This document shows positions 36,707 to 48,808 of a stretch of DNA of 64,000 bases, piece after piece. How positions within the stretch are numbered: position 1 is the stretch's first letter; every line of letters begins with the position of its first letter. The stretch is from NCBI GenBank assembly GCA_964642015.1, contig CAZXLF010000002.1, positions 159,678-223,677 on the forward strand, given 5' to 3'. This stretch comes from an uncultured Planctomycetia bacterium. GTDB lineage: Bacteria; Omnitrophota; Gorgyraeia; 2-02-FULL-51-18. Under the pieces are notes generated by a model. It was not told the DNA's origin and did not search any database. It saw only the letters and a program-made list of their open reading frames with translations. A program made the position numbers and the translations under genes.

Positions 36707-38835
36707 TGAGAACAAGCCGAAGATCAATGAAACTATCCAAAAATCTCTTTCTTTTCTTTGTCATGATTTTATTCTTCGCAACTCCTGCCTTCGCCAGCAG
36801 TGCCATGCAAAAATTCGATATTCAATCCAAGAACGTTCCCATTCAGGTGCACGGTGACTCAGTAGAATATTTTCAGGAAGACCAAAAAGCAGTGGGAACA
36901 GGCCATGTGTCGATCAATTATGATGATGTTAAGCTCACAGCTGATAAGATCACGGTTTACATGGCTACAAAAATGGCTGTTGCTGAGGGGCATGTGACGC
37001 TTGTGCAAAAGGGAAGCGTGTTCACCGGCGATCGGGCAGAATTCAACTTTGCCACCAAGGTGGGTAATGTCTCGAAGATGAGCGGCTCGATGGAGCCGGG
37101 AATTTACGGTAAGGCCCAAAAGATCGAGAAGGTCTCTGATAAACAGTACCAGATCGTCGATAGTTATGTGACAACTTGCTGCGGAGACGACCCGTTCTAC
37201 AAGATCCAGTCCCATCAGATCGATTTTTTCCCCGATGATAAAGTGGTGATACGTAATGCAATATTGTTTATTAAAGGCGTCCCCGTGCTTTTTATCCCTT
37301 ATTATGTCCAGCCGTTCGTGGATATGGACAGATTTCCGGTGCAGATCGTTCCGGGAAAAAATTCTAAGTGGGGCCCGTTTGTTTTGACAAAGTGGCGATA
37401 TCATTTAGCTTCCCAGCCTAGTCTTCAGTCCCGCGGAAACATTCTTTTGGATTACCGTGCCAAGCGCGGTTTTGGTACCGGCGTGGAAAATTTTTACAAA
37501 GGCGATAAGATCGGCCACGGTGCTGCACGTCTTTATTACATTGAAGACCGCGATGCTCCACCGGATGCCGACAGCAGACGTTATCGCGTTCAGTGGCGTC
37601 ATCAAATGAAAGTTGCGGATTCCACGACCTTGACGGCGGAGGTCAACAAATTAAGCGATACGACAGTTGTCAGGGACTTTTTTTTCAGAGAAGAATATGC
37701 ACGCGACGCTTTTCCCGACAATTATGTTTCATTGATCACTTCAAAACCGGAATATACGTTCAGTGTGCTGGAGCGTCACCGTCTCGACAACCTTTTCCCT
37801 GTCGTTGAAAGAAATCCTGAGCTTCGGTTCGATACACATAATCATCAATTCGAAAACACCCCTTTCTATTATAGGCAAGAAATTCAGCTTTCCAATTTAA
37901 GCAATATGCCCGCTGGTGAAAACGAAGGAATTGATGCCACAAGATTAGACACGAATCACACGCTTTCTTATGCCGGTCGCGTCGGGGATCTCTCGGTGAC
38001 GCCGAGAGTCGGCACTCGTCAAACGTTTTATTCCCGGGATGTCAGCGGAGGGGATAATAATTTTATTCGTGGAACGTTTGATCCGGGTGTCGATGTGAGC
38101 ACACGGTTTTATAAGACTTATGATGTCTATGTGAAGGCTTTCGGCCTTGATTATAATCAAATCCGCCATATCTTCGAGCCGACGGTCAGTTATAACTACC
38201 GTCCCGATCCGACTGTTTTGCGGACAAAACTTGAGCAGTTCGATTCTTTGGATACGATCGATAAGCAGAATTTTATCCGTTTTAATTTTGAGAACAAACT
38301 GCAAACCAAGGAACATTCGTCACCTAATAATTTATATACACGCGAAATTGCAAGGGTCATCCCCTTCTTTGATACAGATCTTCATACCGGCAGAATGACA
38401 AACACCGGAATGAGAGCGGAGCTCAGGCCCTATTCGTGGATGGGCATCGAAGGTGACGTGGCTCTGGACCCTGAATCGCGCCACACAGATACAGCGGATC
38501 TTGATTTTTATATGCAGAACGATAGAATGCGTCTTGCTTTGGGGCAAAGGTACGCGCGCGATGAAAGCAGTCAGCTGACCTCTGAGATCCGTCTAAAAGT
38601 GACTTCGGACATGGATCTGAAACTGTATGAACGTTATGAATTTGAGACGAATGATTCCAAGGAATTCGAAGTCACGCTTTCCAAAGCGTTCAGCTGTCTC
38701 ATCGTTGATTTTACTTATAATCACCGTCAGGGGGACACATTTTATTTTGTATTTCGGTTGAAGTCGTTCCCGAAGGCTTCTTTTGGTCTTAGCCAATCGT
38801 ATGACAGTCCTAAAGCGACTTCGCAGAATCTGTAA
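36706..38835 (+). CDS. lptD: LPS-assembly protein LptD-like outer-membrane protein
   Basis: Signal peptide, OstA-like N-domain (LTADKI, AEGHV), YVTTC, GVPVLFIPY, beta-barrel C-terminus with HIFEP. Confidence 0.8.
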   Translation: MRTSRRSMKLSKNLFLFFVMILFFATPAFASSAMQKFDIQSKNVPIQVHGDSVEYFQEDQKAVGTGHVSINYDDVKLTADKITVYMATKMAVAEGHVTLVQKGSVFTGDRAEFNFATKVGNVSKMSGSMEPGIYGKAQKIEKVSDKQYQIVDSYVTTCCGDDPFYKIQSHQIDFFPDDKVVIRNAILFIKGVPVLFIPYYVQPFVDMDRFPVQIVPGKNSKWGPFVLTKWRYHLASQPSLQSRGNILLDYRAKRGFGTGVENFYKGDKIGHGAARLYYIEDRDAPPDADSRRYRVQWRHQMKVADSTTLTAEVNKLSDTTVVRDFFFREEYARDAFPDNYVSLITSKPEYTFSVLERHRLDNLFPVVERNPELRFDTHNHQFENTPFYYRQEIQLSNLSNMPAGENEGIDATRLDTNHTLSYAGRVGDLSVTPRVGTRQTFYSRDVSGGDNNFIRGTFDPGVDVSTRFYKTYDVYVKAFGLDYNQIRHIFEPTVSYNYRPDPTVLRTKLEQFDSLDTIDKQNFIRFNFENKLQTKEHSSPNNLYTREIARVIPFFDTDLHTGRMTNTGMRAELRPYSWMGIEGDVALDPESRHTDTADLDFYMQNDRMRLALGQRYARDESSQLTSEIRLKVTSDMDLKLYERYEFETNDSKEFEVTLSKAFSCLIVDFTYNHRQGDTFYFVFRLKSFPKASFGLSQSYDSPKATSQNL

Positions 38836-38871
38836 TGCATCTTTGCTCATATTATTAAAGGAAGGTATTAG

Positions 38872-40164
38872 ATGAAGATAACAGTAGTTGGCAGTGGGTA
38901 TGTCGGTCTTGTGTCAGGCGCTTGTTTTGCGAGTTTGGGCAATCAGGTGATCTGTGTGGATATTGATAAATCAAAAGTTGGCTCTCTAAAACGCGGAGTT
39001 ATGCCGATCTATGAACCGGGTCTTGAAGAATTGGTCAAAGATAATGTGAGGCGCAAGCGTCTTTCGTTCACGACCGATCTCAAAAAAGCCGTCAGACAAT
39101 CCGAAGTCATTTTTATAGCGGTAGGCACTCCTCCGCGCCCGAATGGCGAAGCGGATCTAAGTTATGTCGAGAATGTGGCATGCGACATCGCAAAAGAGAT
39201 CACTTCCTACAAACTGGTCGTTGAAAAAAGTACAGTGCCGGTGCAGACAGGGGAAAAGATCTTTCAGACGATCGCAGCCCACGCGAAAAAAGGAGCTCAA
39301 TTTGATGTAGCTTCGAATCCGGAGTTTTTGAGAGAAGGCAGTGCCGTCCATGATTTCATGCATCCGGATCGCGTGATCTTGGGTGTTCAATCAGATAAAG
39401 CGAAGGAAATTCTGACACGGCTTTATAAGCCGCTCAAATGCCAGGTTCTGGTCACGGATATCAAAAGTGCCGAGATCATTAAACATGCATCCAATTCTTT
39501 TCTGGCGACGAAAATATCGTTCATCAACGCGATCAGCAATATCTGTGAAGCCGCGAAAGCGGATGTCGAGCAGGTGGCATTGGGAATGGGTTTGGATAAA
39601 CGCATCGGTAGGAGCTTTTTGAATGCCGGTATCGGTTTCGGGGGATTTTGTTTTCCCAAGGATCTTTCAGCTTTTGTGCGCATTTCGGAGAAGCTGGGGT
39701 ATGATTTCCAGCTTTTAAAAGCCGTTGAGAAGATAAACGAAGACCAGAAAGCGGTGTTCTTAAAAAAAGTAGAGAGTGCACTTTGGAATATAAATTCTAA
39801 GAATATCGGCGTACTGGGGCTCGCGTTCAAACCGGACACGGATGACATGAGGTTTGCTCCGAGCTTAGACATCATCTCGTTTCTCCAATCTCATGGCGCG
39901 AAGATCAAGGCATATGACCCTCATGCGATGTCGAAGGCGAGGCCAATGTTGAAAGGCGTCGAGTTTTGCAGTGATAGTTATTCTGTCTGCAAAGGAAGTG
40001 ATTGCATGTTGATTCTTACGGAATGGAAAGAATTCAAGGAGCTAGATTTGAAAAAGGTAAAAAAATTGCTGAAACAACCGGTGATCATTGACGGCCGTAA
40101 TATTTATGATCCGCAGAAAATGGCGGCTTTAGGCTTTCGGTATTATTCGATGGGAAGAAAATAA
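38872..40164 (+). CDS. ugd: UDP-glucose 6-dehydrogenase
   Basis: GSGYVG, KSTVP, NPEFLREG, GFGGFCFPKD, FKPDTDDMR. Confidence 0.93.
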   Translation: MKITVVGSGYVGLVSGACFASLGNQVICVDIDKSKVGSLKRGVMPIYEPGLEELVKDNVRRKRLSFTTDLKKAVRQSEVIFIAVGTPPRPNGEADLSYVENVACDIAKEITSYKLVVEKSTVPVQTGEKIFQTIAAHAKKGAQFDVASNPEFLREGSAVHDFMHPDRVILGVQSDKAKEILTRLYKPLKCQVLVTDIKSAEIIKHASNSFLATKISFINAISNICEAAKADVEQVALGMGLDKRIGRSFLNAGIGFGGFCFPKDLSAFVRISEKLGYDFQLLKAVEKINEDQKAVFLKKVESALWNINSKNIGVLGLAFKPDTDDMRFAPSLDIISFLQSHGAKIKAYDPHAMSKARPMLKGVEFCSDSYSVCKGSDCMLILTEWKEFKELDLKKVKKLLKQPVIIDGRNIYDPQKMAALGFRYYSMGRK

Positions 40165-40165
40165 A

Positions 40166-40924
40166 ATGAGTGAATTGAAAGGGATTATTTTGGCCGGAGG
40201 ACTGGGGACAAGGCTTAGCCCTCTCACGAAGATCACCAATAAGCATCTTCTGCCTATTTACGATAAACCGATGATCTATTATCCGATCAATCTGCTTGTA
40301 GATGCCGGCATAAAAGATATCCTGATCGTGACCGGCGGAAATCACGCTGGAGAATTTCTCAGGCTTCTGGGAGACGGCCAAGCATTTGGATTGACGCATA
40401 TCAACTACACTTATCAGGAGGGCGAGGGAGGTATTGCGCAAGCGCTTAGTTTGGCCAAGCATTTTGCTTATCAGCACAAGATCGTCGTTGTTTTGGGTGA
40501 CAATATCCTTGAGAACGGTATCAGAGATTCTGTAAAGAATTTCGCCAAACAAAGACGCGGGGCACGTGTGCTTTTGAAACAAGTGCAGGATCCCGAGAGG
40601 TTCGGCGTTGCGACGATAAAAGACCAGACGATCATTTCGATAGAGGAGAAGCCTAAAAATCCCAAGTCAGATCTTGCGGTGACCGGCGTGTACATGTACG
40701 ATGAAAACGTTTTTGATATTATCAAGACTTTAAAACCCTCCAGGCGTGGTGAATTGGAAATCACGGATGTCAATAATGCGTACATCGCAAGAGGTGAGCT
40801 TCAATTTGACATTCTTGACGGCTGGTGGACTGACAGCGGGACTTTTGATTCGCTTTTGCGAGCTAATCAGTTGGTCGCGAAAAAAGCAAAGAGAGCCATG
40901 AAGTCTCATGACGCGTCAGCGTAA
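40166..40924 (+). CDS. Glucose-1-phosphate thymidylyltransferase (short RmlA/SpsI type)
   Basis: LAGGLGTRL, KHLLPIYDKPM, LGDN, EEKP, RGELEITD. Confidence 0.9.
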   Translation: MSELKGIILAGGLGTRLSPLTKITNKHLLPIYDKPMIYYPINLLVDAGIKDILIVTGGNHAGEFLRLLGDGQAFGLTHINYTYQEGEGGIAQALSLAKHFAYQHKIVVVLGDNILENGIRDSVKNFAKQRRGARVLLKQVQDPERFGVATIKDQTIISIEEKPKNPKSDLAVTGVYMYDENVFDIIKTLKPSRRGELEITDVNNAYIARGELQFDILDGWWTDSGTFDSLLRANQLVAKKAKRAMKSHDASA

Positions 40925-41933
40925 ACAAAAGGTCCTTGTGACCGGTGGCGCAGGATTCATCGGTTCTCATTTGATCAAATTTTGGCTGAAGGAAGATCCA
41001 TCGGTAAGTATTATCAATCTCGATAAATTGACTTACTGCGGAGATCTTGGCCGCCTGGAAGGAATCAGGGATGATGCACGATATCAATTCGTTGAGGGCG
41101 ATATCTGCGATATAGAAGTTGTTGATCGAGCGATGGATGGCTGCACGGCCGTTGTTCATCTGGCGGCCGAAACGCATGTGGACCGTTCACTTTTAGACGG
41201 AAAAACTTTTTTTGATACCAATACTTTCGGAACTTACACGCTTCTTGAATCTGCCAGAAGAAGGAAAGTCAAAAAATTTCTTCTTGTAAGTACTGATGAA
41301 GTCTACGGAAGCCGTCCCAAGGGTTTTTTTAAAGAATCTGACGCTTTGAGTCCATCCAGTCCCTATTCAGTATCGAAGACAGCGGCGGACCTGCTGACAC
41401 TCTCTTATGCGCATTCTTATCGCATGCATACTTTGGTGACACGTGGTTCTAATACGTTCGGGCCCTACCAGTATCCTGAAAAGGTGATCCCGCTTTTTGT
41501 ATCAAATGCGCTTTCTGACCAGCCACTTCCTTTATATGGCGACGGTCTTCAAGTGAGAAACTGGATGCATGCGGAGGACCATTCCCGCGGTATTATTCGT
41601 GTGCTGGATAAGGGTAAGGCCGGTGAAGCATATAATTTATCGACGCCCTTTTACCTGACCAATATCGATTTGACGCGCCGTATCCTGAAAATTTTGGGTA
41701 AACCTGAGTCTTTAATAAAGAAAGTGACGGACCGCACCGGCCATGACCGCCGCTATGCGATCAATCCGTCCAAAGCACACAAATTAGGATGGAAACCTCA
41801 CCTCGCGTTTGAAAGATCTCTCCGAGAGACCGTGCTTTGGTATAAAGACAATAGGGCGTGGTGGGAGACGATCAGAAATAAGAGAGAAGATTTCAAAGCT
41901 TATTACGCGAAAGCTTACCAAGGCAGGCTCTGA
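40908..41933 (+). CDS. rfbB: dTDP-glucose 4,6-dehydratase
   Basis: GGAGFIG, DKLTY, AAETHVDRS, STDEVYG, YSVSK. Confidence 0.94.
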   Translation: MTRQRKQKVLVTGGAGFIGSHLIKFWLKEDPSVSIINLDKLTYCGDLGRLEGIRDDARYQFVEGDICDIEVVDRAMDGCTAVVHLAAETHVDRSLLDGKTFFDTNTFGTYTLLESARRRKVKKFLLVSTDEVYGSRPKGFFKESDALSPSSPYSVSKTAADLLTLSYAHSYRMHTLVTRGSNTFGPYQYPEKVIPLFVSNALSDQPLPLYGDGLQVRNWMHAEDHSRGIIRVLDKGKAGEAYNLSTPFYLTNIDLTRRILKILGKPESLIKKVTDRTGHDRRYAINPSKAHKLGWKPHLAFERSLRETVLWYKDNRAWWETIRNKREDFKAYYAKAYQGRL

Positions 41934-42832
41934 TGCGTGTGTTGGTGACCGGCGGATCAGGGATGTTGGGAAAAATTTTGATCCGTGTTTTGTCGGCCCA
42001 GCACGAGACCATCGGCATATCCAAGCACGGAAAATTTGATACCCGTCCCTGTGATCTGACTAGTCAAAGCGAGGTTGAAGCTTTATTCAACACCGACCAT
42101 TTTGACCTGGTCATTCATACGGCGGCCTATTCCGATGTTGATGGCTGTGAGCGGGACCCCAAACTTGCTCACGAATCTAATGCGCTTGCGACGAAATATT
42201 TGGTCTCCTGCTGCGATCAGAATCGTACTCCGTTCATTTACGTAAGCACTGATTATGTTTTTGACGGTAAGAAGAGGTCGCTTTATCTGGAAACAGACAA
42301 GACTTTTCCTGTCAATGTTTACGGAATGACGAAGCTTGAAGGCGAACATTTCGCGAACAACGCGAAAGTTTCGGCGATCGTGAGAACAAGCTGGCTTTTT
42401 GGACCTGATAATCCCAATAATTTTGTCAACGCGATCGTGCGGCGGCTTTATTCCGATGAGATCGTAAAAGTACTCGCGGATCAAACAGACTCTCCGACTT
42501 ACGTAAAGGACCTGGCGGCAGCGCTTCAGACGATCGGCGAGCATCTTCACAGAATAAGCCGAGAAAATGCAAAGAAAGATATTCATCTGATTTATCAGAT
42601 ATGCAACTCAGGGTATACGACGCGTTATGAAATGACCCAAAAGATCAAGGATATTTTAAAATTGAAAAATGTCCAGATTGAAAAATTGGCTAGAATGCCG
42701 GTCGAAAATAGGCCTGCTTTGCGCCCAAGCTTTGTCGCGATGTCGACGCAGCGTTACGAAAAGGAATTTAAGACAAAACTCAGGCCATGGCAAGACAGTC
42801 TGAAAGATTATTTAAGCGAGTATTGTAAATGA
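41933..42832 (+). CDS. rfbD: dTDP-4-dehydrorhamnose reductase
   Basis: GGSGMLG, AAYSDVD, STDYVFDG, YGMTK. Confidence 0.93.
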   Translation: MRVLVTGGSGMLGKILIRVLSAQHETIGISKHGKFDTRPCDLTSQSEVEALFNTDHFDLVIHTAAYSDVDGCERDPKLAHESNALATKYLVSCCDQNRTPFIYVSTDYVFDGKKRSLYLETDKTFPVNVYGMTKLEGEHFANNAKVSAIVRTSWLFGPDNPNNFVNAIVRRLYSDEIVKVLADQTDSPTYVKDLAAALQTIGEHLHRISRENAKKDIHLIYQICNSGYTTRYEMTQKIKDILKLKNVQIEKLARMPVENRPALRPSFVAMSTQRYEKEFKTKLRPWQDSLKDYLSEYCK

Positions 42833-43785
42833 AAATATTGGTCACGGGCGCTCGGGGTTTCGTAGGGTCTTACTTGATCGATTTTTTGACTGCCAGAAGA
42901 GGTGTCCAGATTCACGGTATTGTTCGGCCAGGCAAAGACTACACTTCCGGAGACGTTTCAAAAAAAGTTGCTTACCATCAATTGGATATGTGTAAAGCCA
43001 AAGATCTTGAGCGTGTGATAAGGAAGATCAGGCCCGACCGTATATTTCATCTTGCCGCACAGTCTTTCACGCCGCTATCGTGGGAGAAGCCTTCGGAGAC
43101 TCTGATGAATAACATAATGGCGGAGCTGAACGTTTTGGAAATCTTGAGGAGGTTTAAAATTCCTTCGCGTGTCCAGATCGCCGGTTCCGCCGAAGTCTAT
43201 GGGAAAGTGGAAGCGCATGAAATACCGATCAAAGAAACCAATCCTTTGAGACCTTTAAGCCCTTACGGAGTTTCCAAAGTCGCACAAGAGCTTTTGGGTT
43301 GTCAGTATTATCAAAATTTTAAAATACATGTTGTGGTAACACGCGCGTTCAGCCATATTGGTCCCGGTCAATCGGGAATTTTTGTTGCCGGTGATTTTGC
43401 CAAACAAATCGCTCTGATAGAGGTGCGAAAAAGAGCGCCTGAAATTCGCGTCGGAAATCTTGAATCCATACGGGATTTTACGGACGTGCGGGATGTGACA
43501 AGGGCTTATTGGCTGGCTCTTGAAAAAGGACGGCCTGGTGAAATATACAATATCTGCTCAGGCGCTGGGCATTCGGTCAGAGAGATTCTTGAGATATATT
43601 TAAGAGAAAGCAAGGTCAAAATAAAGATCAAACAAGATAGATCGCGGATGAGGCCGAGTGACATACCGATATTGAGGGGAGATAATTCCAAGTTTTTTGC
43701 TCAGACCGAATGGAAACCAAGCATTCCGTTCAAAGATACACTGAAAGATATTCTGAACTATTGGAGACAGAACATCAATGCATAA
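42829..43785 (+). CDS. GDP-mannose 4,6-dehydratase / Rmd-like extended SDR
   Basis: [35 protein letters not shown]. Confidence 0.82.
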   Translation: MKILVTGARGFVGSYLIDFLTARRGVQIHGIVRPGKDYTSGDVSKKVAYHQLDMCKAKDLERVIRKIRPDRIFHLAAQSFTPLSWEKPSETLMNNIMAELNVLEILRRFKIPSRVQIAGSAEVYGKVEAHEIPIKETNPLRPLSPYGVSKVAQELLGCQYYQNFKIHVVVTRAFSHIGPGQSGIFVAGDFAKQIALIEVRKRAPEIRVGNLESIRDFTDVRDVTRAYWLALEKGRPGEIYNICSGAGHSVREILEIYLRESKVKIKIKQDRSRMRPSDIPILRGDNSKFFAQTEWKPSIPFKDTLKDILNYWRQNINA

Positions 43786-44725
43786 GAAAATGAGAATATT
43801 AATTACCGGCGGAGCAGGGTTCATCGGATCGCATCTGTGCGGACATTTCATTGAAAGAGGCGACACGGTCGTGTGCCTTGATAATTTTATTACCGGATCT
43901 GCGAAAAATATCCGGCCCTTTTTTAAAAGCCGGAAATTTTCTTTATTGCGGCATGACATCTCCAAACCAATCAAGCTCTCAGGCAAGATCGATTATGTAC
44001 TTCATTTTGCATCTCCGGCAAGCCCGCCGGATTACCTGAAGTATCCGATCCAAACACTGAAAGTCGGGGCATTGGGGACTCACAACGCTTTAGGGATCGC
44101 CAAAGCAAAACAGGCGAAATTTTTTCTGGCATCGACAAGCGAAGTTTACGGCGATCCTTTGGTCAGTCCGCAAAAAGAAACGTACTGGGGCAATGTGAAT
44201 CCGGTGGGACCAAGAGGAGTGTATGATGAGGCAAAACGTTTCGCCGAGTCTCTCACTTTGGCTTATCATCGTCAGCATCGGCTGGACGCCAAGATCATCC
44301 GTATTTTCAATACTTACGGAGAACGCATGAGACCTGAGGATGGGCGCGTGATCCCAAATTTTATTACGCAGGCGCTTTTGGGCAAATCGTTGACCGTTTA
44401 CGGCAGCGGAAAACAGACCCGCAGTTATTGTTATGTCGATGATCTTGTGAAGGGTATTGAATGCGTGATGTTCTCAAAATTGAACACGCCGGTAAATCTT
44501 GGCAATCCTAATGAAATGTCGGTGCTTCTGCTTGCGAAAAAGATCATCAAGCTTACAAACTCAAAGAGCAAGATCGTTTACAGGCCACTGCCCCAGGATG
44601 ACCCCAAATTAAGGTGTCCCGACATCGCGCTTGCCAAAAAAACGCTGGGTTGGTCTCCGAAAGTCCAACTTGATGAGGGTCTGAAAAAAACGATCGCTTA
44701 TTTCAAAACAATAGTTTTTGATTGA
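43778..44725 (+). CDS. UDP-glucuronate decarboxylase (UDP-xylose synthase) family
   Basis: [32 protein letters not shown]. Confidence 0.9.
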   Translation: MHKKMRILITGGAGFIGSHLCGHFIERGDTVVCLDNFITGSAKNIRPFFKSRKFSLLRHDISKPIKLSGKIDYVLHFASPASPPDYLKYPIQTLKVGALGTHNALGIAKAKQAKFFLASTSEVYGDPLVSPQKETYWGNVNPVGPRGVYDEAKRFAESLTLAYHRQHRLDAKIIRIFNTYGERMRPEDGRVIPNFITQALLGKSLTVYGSGKQTRSYCYVDDLVKGIECVMFSKLNTPVNLGNPNEMSVLLLAKKIIKLTNSKSKIVYRPLPQDDPKLRCPDIALAKKTLGWSPKVQLDEGLKKTIAYFKTIVFD

Positions 44726-44737
44726 TCTCTAAAACAG

Positions 44738-45463
44738 ATGCCTCCCGATCCCGGACCTGATGTCTCAATAGTTATCCCTGTTTACAATGAAGAAAAAAAT
44801 ATTGCTGAAACCATGCGCCGTGTTCAGGCTTTCATGTCGCTCAAAGACCTCTCGTGGGAATGCCTAATTGTTAATGATGGCTCTTCCGACAGCACTGAAT
44901 CGATCGCGCAAAATACGATAAAAGCCCAAACGCAAAGTCGTTTTCGTTTACTTTCTAATCCTTCAAATCATGGAAAAGGTTTCGCCGTGCGGCAAGGAGT
45001 TCTAGCTTCTTCGGCAAAATATGTGCTGATCACGGATGCCGATCTCTCGGCCCCTATTAAGGAGCTTGATAAATTGATAAAAGCTCTGGAAGAGGGGTAT
45101 GATATTGCAGTCGGGTCCCGCGCCGTCAGGTCTAAGGACGCGGATGTCCAACAGACTTTCAAGCGTCGTCTGGCCGGCCGTATATTCAATATTTTTGTAA
45201 AGATCCTGGTGCTTAGAGGGATCTCTGATACTCAGTGCGGTTTCAAATGCTTCAAGAAAAAAGCCGCGCATGAACTTTTTAACGCTCAAAAACTTGATGG
45301 CTTCAGTTTTGACGTCGAAGTGTTACGGTTGGCGCAAAAACGCGGATTTCGCATCAAGGAAGTGTCTGTAATGTGGCGTCAAGGCAAACAGACCCGTGTC
45401 AGGCTGTTTCATGATTCGATCAAAATGGTTAAGGATCTCCTTTATTTAAGAAAGATCCTTTAA
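44738..45463 (+). CDS. GT2 dolichyl-phosphate beta-glucosyltransferase-like
   Basis: PVYNE, GKGFAVRQG, DADLS, DTQCGFK, FDVE. Confidence 0.9.
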   Translation: MPPDPGPDVSIVIPVYNEEKNIAETMRRVQAFMSLKDLSWECLIVNDGSSDSTESIAQNTIKAQTQSRFRLLSNPSNHGKGFAVRQGVLASSAKYVLITDADLSAPIKELDKLIKALEEGYDIAVGSRAVRSKDADVQQTFKRRLAGRIFNIFVKILVLRGISDTQCGFKCFKKKAAHELFNAQKLDGFSFDVEVLRLAQKRGFRIKEVSVMWRQGKQTRVRLFHDSIKMVKDLLYLRKIL

Positions 45464-45468
45464 TTTGA

Positions 45469-47676
45469 ATGGAACCCAATTTTTTTGTGATAACGATTCT
45501 TTCCCTGCCGTTTTTACTGATCGCCGGTATCTCCAAAGCTAGCGACTCGCCCGCTGTGCATGTGAACCGCCTTGCCAAAGAAAAAAGCCCTTATTTATTG
45601 CAGCATTCGCACAATCCGGTGGATTGGTATCCGTGGGGGAAAGAAGCTCTTGAGAAAAGTAAAAAAGAAGACAAACCGATCCTGCTTTCGATCGGTTATT
45701 CCACTTGCCACTGGTGTCATGTGATGGAAAAAGAATCCTTTGAGAATCAAAAAACGGCTCAGATCATGAATCAGAATTATGTTTCCATTAAGGTCGATAG
45801 AGAAGAGCGGCCGGACATTGACCATGTTTACATGGATTATGTGATGGCGACAACGGGAAGCGGCGGTTGGCCGATGACTGTATTTTTGACGCCGGATATG
45901 AAGCCGTTTTACGGCGGCACTTATTTCCCCCCAGAGGATCGGTACGGAATACCTGGCTTTAAGACGCTTTTATTATCGATTGCTGATGCGTGGAAAACCC
46001 GTCGGGATGAGATTGCGAAGTCTGCCGATTCAGCAGTTTCTTATTTGGAAACTCGCAAAGGCCGAGGTTCTTCAAATGATAAAAAGTTGTCCAAAGAAAC
46101 GCTTTATACGTTCTTTGAGCGGCACAAGTCAAGTTTCGATACGGAGTGGGGAGGTTTTGGTGGCGCGCCGAAATTCCCAAGAAGCCATTCGTTATCGATG
46201 CTATTAAGATACTGGCTTCGCTCCGGCAATCCCGAAGCGCTAAATATGACCGAGAAGACATTGAACAAGATGGCCGATGGTGGAATGTATGATCAGATCG
46301 GCGGCGGTTTTCATCGTTATTCCACCGATGCTCAGTGGCGTGTGCCGCATTTCGAAAAAATGCTGTATGATCAAGCGCTTCTGTCTAGAACTTATCTCGA
46401 AGCCTATCAGGTGACACATAAGGAACGTTATGCCGATATAGCAAAAGATATCCTCGACTATGTGTTGCGCGAAATGACAAGCAAAGATGGAGCGTTCTAT
46501 TCGGCGCAGGATGCGGACAGCATCGATCCGTTCAATCCCTCAAATAAACGCGAAGGCGCATTTTTTGTATGGAAAGAAAGCGAAATTGACGCGGCGCTGT
46601 CTAAAAATGACGCCGAAGTCGTGAAATATTTTTACGGGATTGAGACCAAAGGCAATGCTTTGAGTGACCCGCATCATGAGTTTACGGACCAGAATGTTCT
46701 TTTTAAGTCGCATTCTGCCGAAGAAACGGCGGCACATTTCAAAATATCGGTGTCGGAAGTGGATCGGATTATTGGCGCTGCCGGCCAGAAATTGTCAGCG
46801 CTGCGTTCCAAACGTCCGGCACCGCATCTGGATGACAAAATCTTGGCCGACTGGAATGGTCTCATGATATCGAGTTTTGCTATGGCTGCCGATGTGTTCG
46901 ATGAACCGCGTTATCGCAACGCCGCAGTCAAGGCCGCAGATTTTATCCAGACAAAAATGAAAAAGGATAATAGTGAATTGTACCACCGCTATCGTGACGG
47001 AGAAGCGGCTATCTCGGCGAATTTGAACGACTACGCATTCATGGTTTATGCGTATCTATCGCTTTATGAAACCACTTTTGATGAACGCTGGCTTAAGGAG
47101 GCCAAAAATACTGCGGAGATCATGATACGCCTCTTCTGGGATGAAAAAGACGGCGGATTTTTTCTGACGGCGTCGAACGCGGAAAAACTTATCACAAGAC
47201 CGAAGGAACTCTATGATGGGGCCGTGCCTTCTGGGAATTCTTTCGCCGTATTGGACCTTATATTGCTCGGCTGTTATATGCCTGAAAGCCGCTTTCAAAA
47301 ATATGCGGAACAGACGCTTGATACATTTTCCGAAGAGATCTCATCTGAACCTACAGCGTATCCGCAGATGCTGATCGCGTTGGATTTTATGCTTGGGCCT
47401 TCGAAAGAGATCGTGATCGCCGGTGATTCGAAAGATCCTTTGACGGTGTCCATGCTCAAAGAAATTCATTTGCGATTTATGCCGAATAAAATTATCATGC
47501 TTCATAAGCCTGGAGCGGAGGGAAAGTCTTTGGAAGAGCTTGTGCCGTTCTCGAAAGAACAGACCGCTTTGCAGGGCAGGACGACGGCCTATGTTTGTCA
47601 AAATTATGCGTGTGCTTTACCGGTGACGGATCTGGATGGTTTAAAAAAACAGCTGATGGATACAAAGGGGAGCTGA
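45469..47676 (+). CDS. YyaL/DUF255 thioredoxin-domain + (alpha/alpha)6 protein
   Basis: [36 protein letters not shown]. Confidence 0.92.
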   Translation: MEPNFFVITILSLPFLLIAGISKASDSPAVHVNRLAKEKSPYLLQHSHNPVDWYPWGKEALEKSKKEDKPILLSIGYSTCHWCHVMEKESFENQKTAQIMNQNYVSIKVDREERPDIDHVYMDYVMATTGSGGWPMTVFLTPDMKPFYGGTYFPPEDRYGIPGFKTLLLSIADAWKTRRDEIAKSADSAVSYLETRKGRGSSNDKKLSKETLYTFFERHKSSFDTEWGGFGGAPKFPRSHSLSMLLRYWLRSGNPEALNMTEKTLNKMADGGMYDQIGGGFHRYSTDAQWRVPHFEKMLYDQALLSRTYLEAYQVTHKERYADIAKDILDYVLREMTSKDGAFYSAQDADSIDPFNPSNKREGAFFVWKESEIDAALSKNDAEVVKYFYGIETKGNALSDPHHEFTDQNVLFKSHSAEETAAHFKISVSEVDRIIGAAGQKLSALRSKRPAPHLDDKILADWNGLMISSFAMAADVFDEPRYRNAAVKAADFIQTKMKKDNSELYHRYRDGEAAISANLNDYAFMVYAYLSLYETTFDERWLKEAKNTAEIMIRLFWDEKDGGFFLTASNAEKLITRPKELYDGAVPSGNSFAVLDLILLGCYMPESRFQKYAEQTLDTFSEEISSEPTAYPQMLIALDFMLGPSKEIVIAGDSKDPLTVSMLKEIHLRFMPNKIIMLHKPGAEGKSLEELVPFSKEQTALQGRTTAYVCQNYACALPVTDLDGLKKQLMDTKGS

Positions 47677-47677
47677 T

Positions 47678-48799
47678 ATGACAAGAACAGCGACGATGAC
47701 GCAAAACACACTGAAACAGGTTTTAAATCACGGCCAAAGCATCTGGTACGATGGGCTTATTTCGAGGACCGAGTTCGAAAGGATGATCAGTGAGGATGGT
47801 ATCCGGGGCGCTACGACAAATCCCACGATATTTGAGAAGGCCTTGAACCACCACGATTATGACGCCGACATCGCTACTTTGGCAAAATCCCATGATCCTG
47901 AAGGAATTTATCAGTTTCTGGCAGTCCGCGCTGTCCAGGAAGTGGCCGATATTTTTTTGCCGGTCTTTCATGAAACAGATGGCTTCGACGGATATGTATC
48001 GATCGAGGTGAGTCCGCTTCTGGCGTTCGATACGGAAAGGACTATTAAGGAAGCAAAAGAACTTTTTAAGCGAGTCAACCGCAGGAATGTGATGATTAAG
48101 ATCCCTGCCACGAAACAGGGAATTCCCGCGATCAAAGCTGTTATTGCCGAAGGCATCAATGTGAACGTGACGCTGATCTTTTCAATAGGTCGTTATGAAG
48201 ACGTTATGAACGCTTATCTGTCAGGACTTGAAGAAAGAACAGCTCAGAGTAGACAGATTGCTTCGCTGGCTTCGGTGGCAAGTTTTTTTGTGAGCCGTGT
48301 CGATACGGCAATCGATAAGCTGCTTGAAGATAAAATTAAATTAGAAAAGGATCCAAATAGGTCGGTTTTGTATAAAAATCTTTTAGGCAAATCTGGCATT
48401 GCCAATTCTAAGGTTGCCTATGGTTCATTTGAGAGGATCTTTTCAAGTCCAAGATTTCAAAAATTAAGATCATCCAATGCTCATGTTCAGAGGCCATTAT
48501 GGGCCAGCACCGGGACCAAGAACCCTGCTTATAGCGATGTGCTCTATGTTGAAGCTTTGATGGGCTCGCAGACCGTGAATACGGTGCCTCCGGCGACTTT
48601 GGATGCTTTCAGAGATCATGGAGTGCCTGGTTCGAGATTGAAAGATGGTCTTCAAGAGGCGGAGACTATTTTAAAGAGATTGAAGGAAGCAGGCATTGAT
48701 CTTAACCGTGTTACAGATGAGCTTGAATCAGCCGGTGTCCAGCTGTTCAGTGATTCATACAAAAAACTGATAGAATGTATCCAAGTAAAAATCAAATAA
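47678..48799 (+). CDS. tal: Transaldolase (long type)
   Basis: TTNPTIF, MIKIPAT, NVTLIFS, ASFFVSRVD, QRPLWAST. Confidence 0.94.
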   Translation: MTRTATMTQNTLKQVLNHGQSIWYDGLISRTEFERMISEDGIRGATTNPTIFEKALNHHDYDADIATLAKSHDPEGIYQFLAVRAVQEVADIFLPVFHETDGFDGYVSIEVSPLLAFDTERTIKEAKELFKRVNRRNVMIKIPATKQGIPAIKAVIAEGINVNVTLIFSIGRYEDVMNAYLSGLEERTAQSRQIASLASVASFFVSRVDTAIDKLLEDKIKLEKDPNRSVLYKNLLGKSGIANSKVAYGSFERIFSSPRFQKLRSSNAHVQRPLWASTGTKNPAYSDVLYVEALMGSQTVNTVPPATLDAFRDHGVPGSRLKDGLQEAETILKRLKEAGIDLNRVTDELESAGVQLFSDSYKKLIECIQVKIK

Positions 48800-48808
48800 A
48801 GGTGAAAA

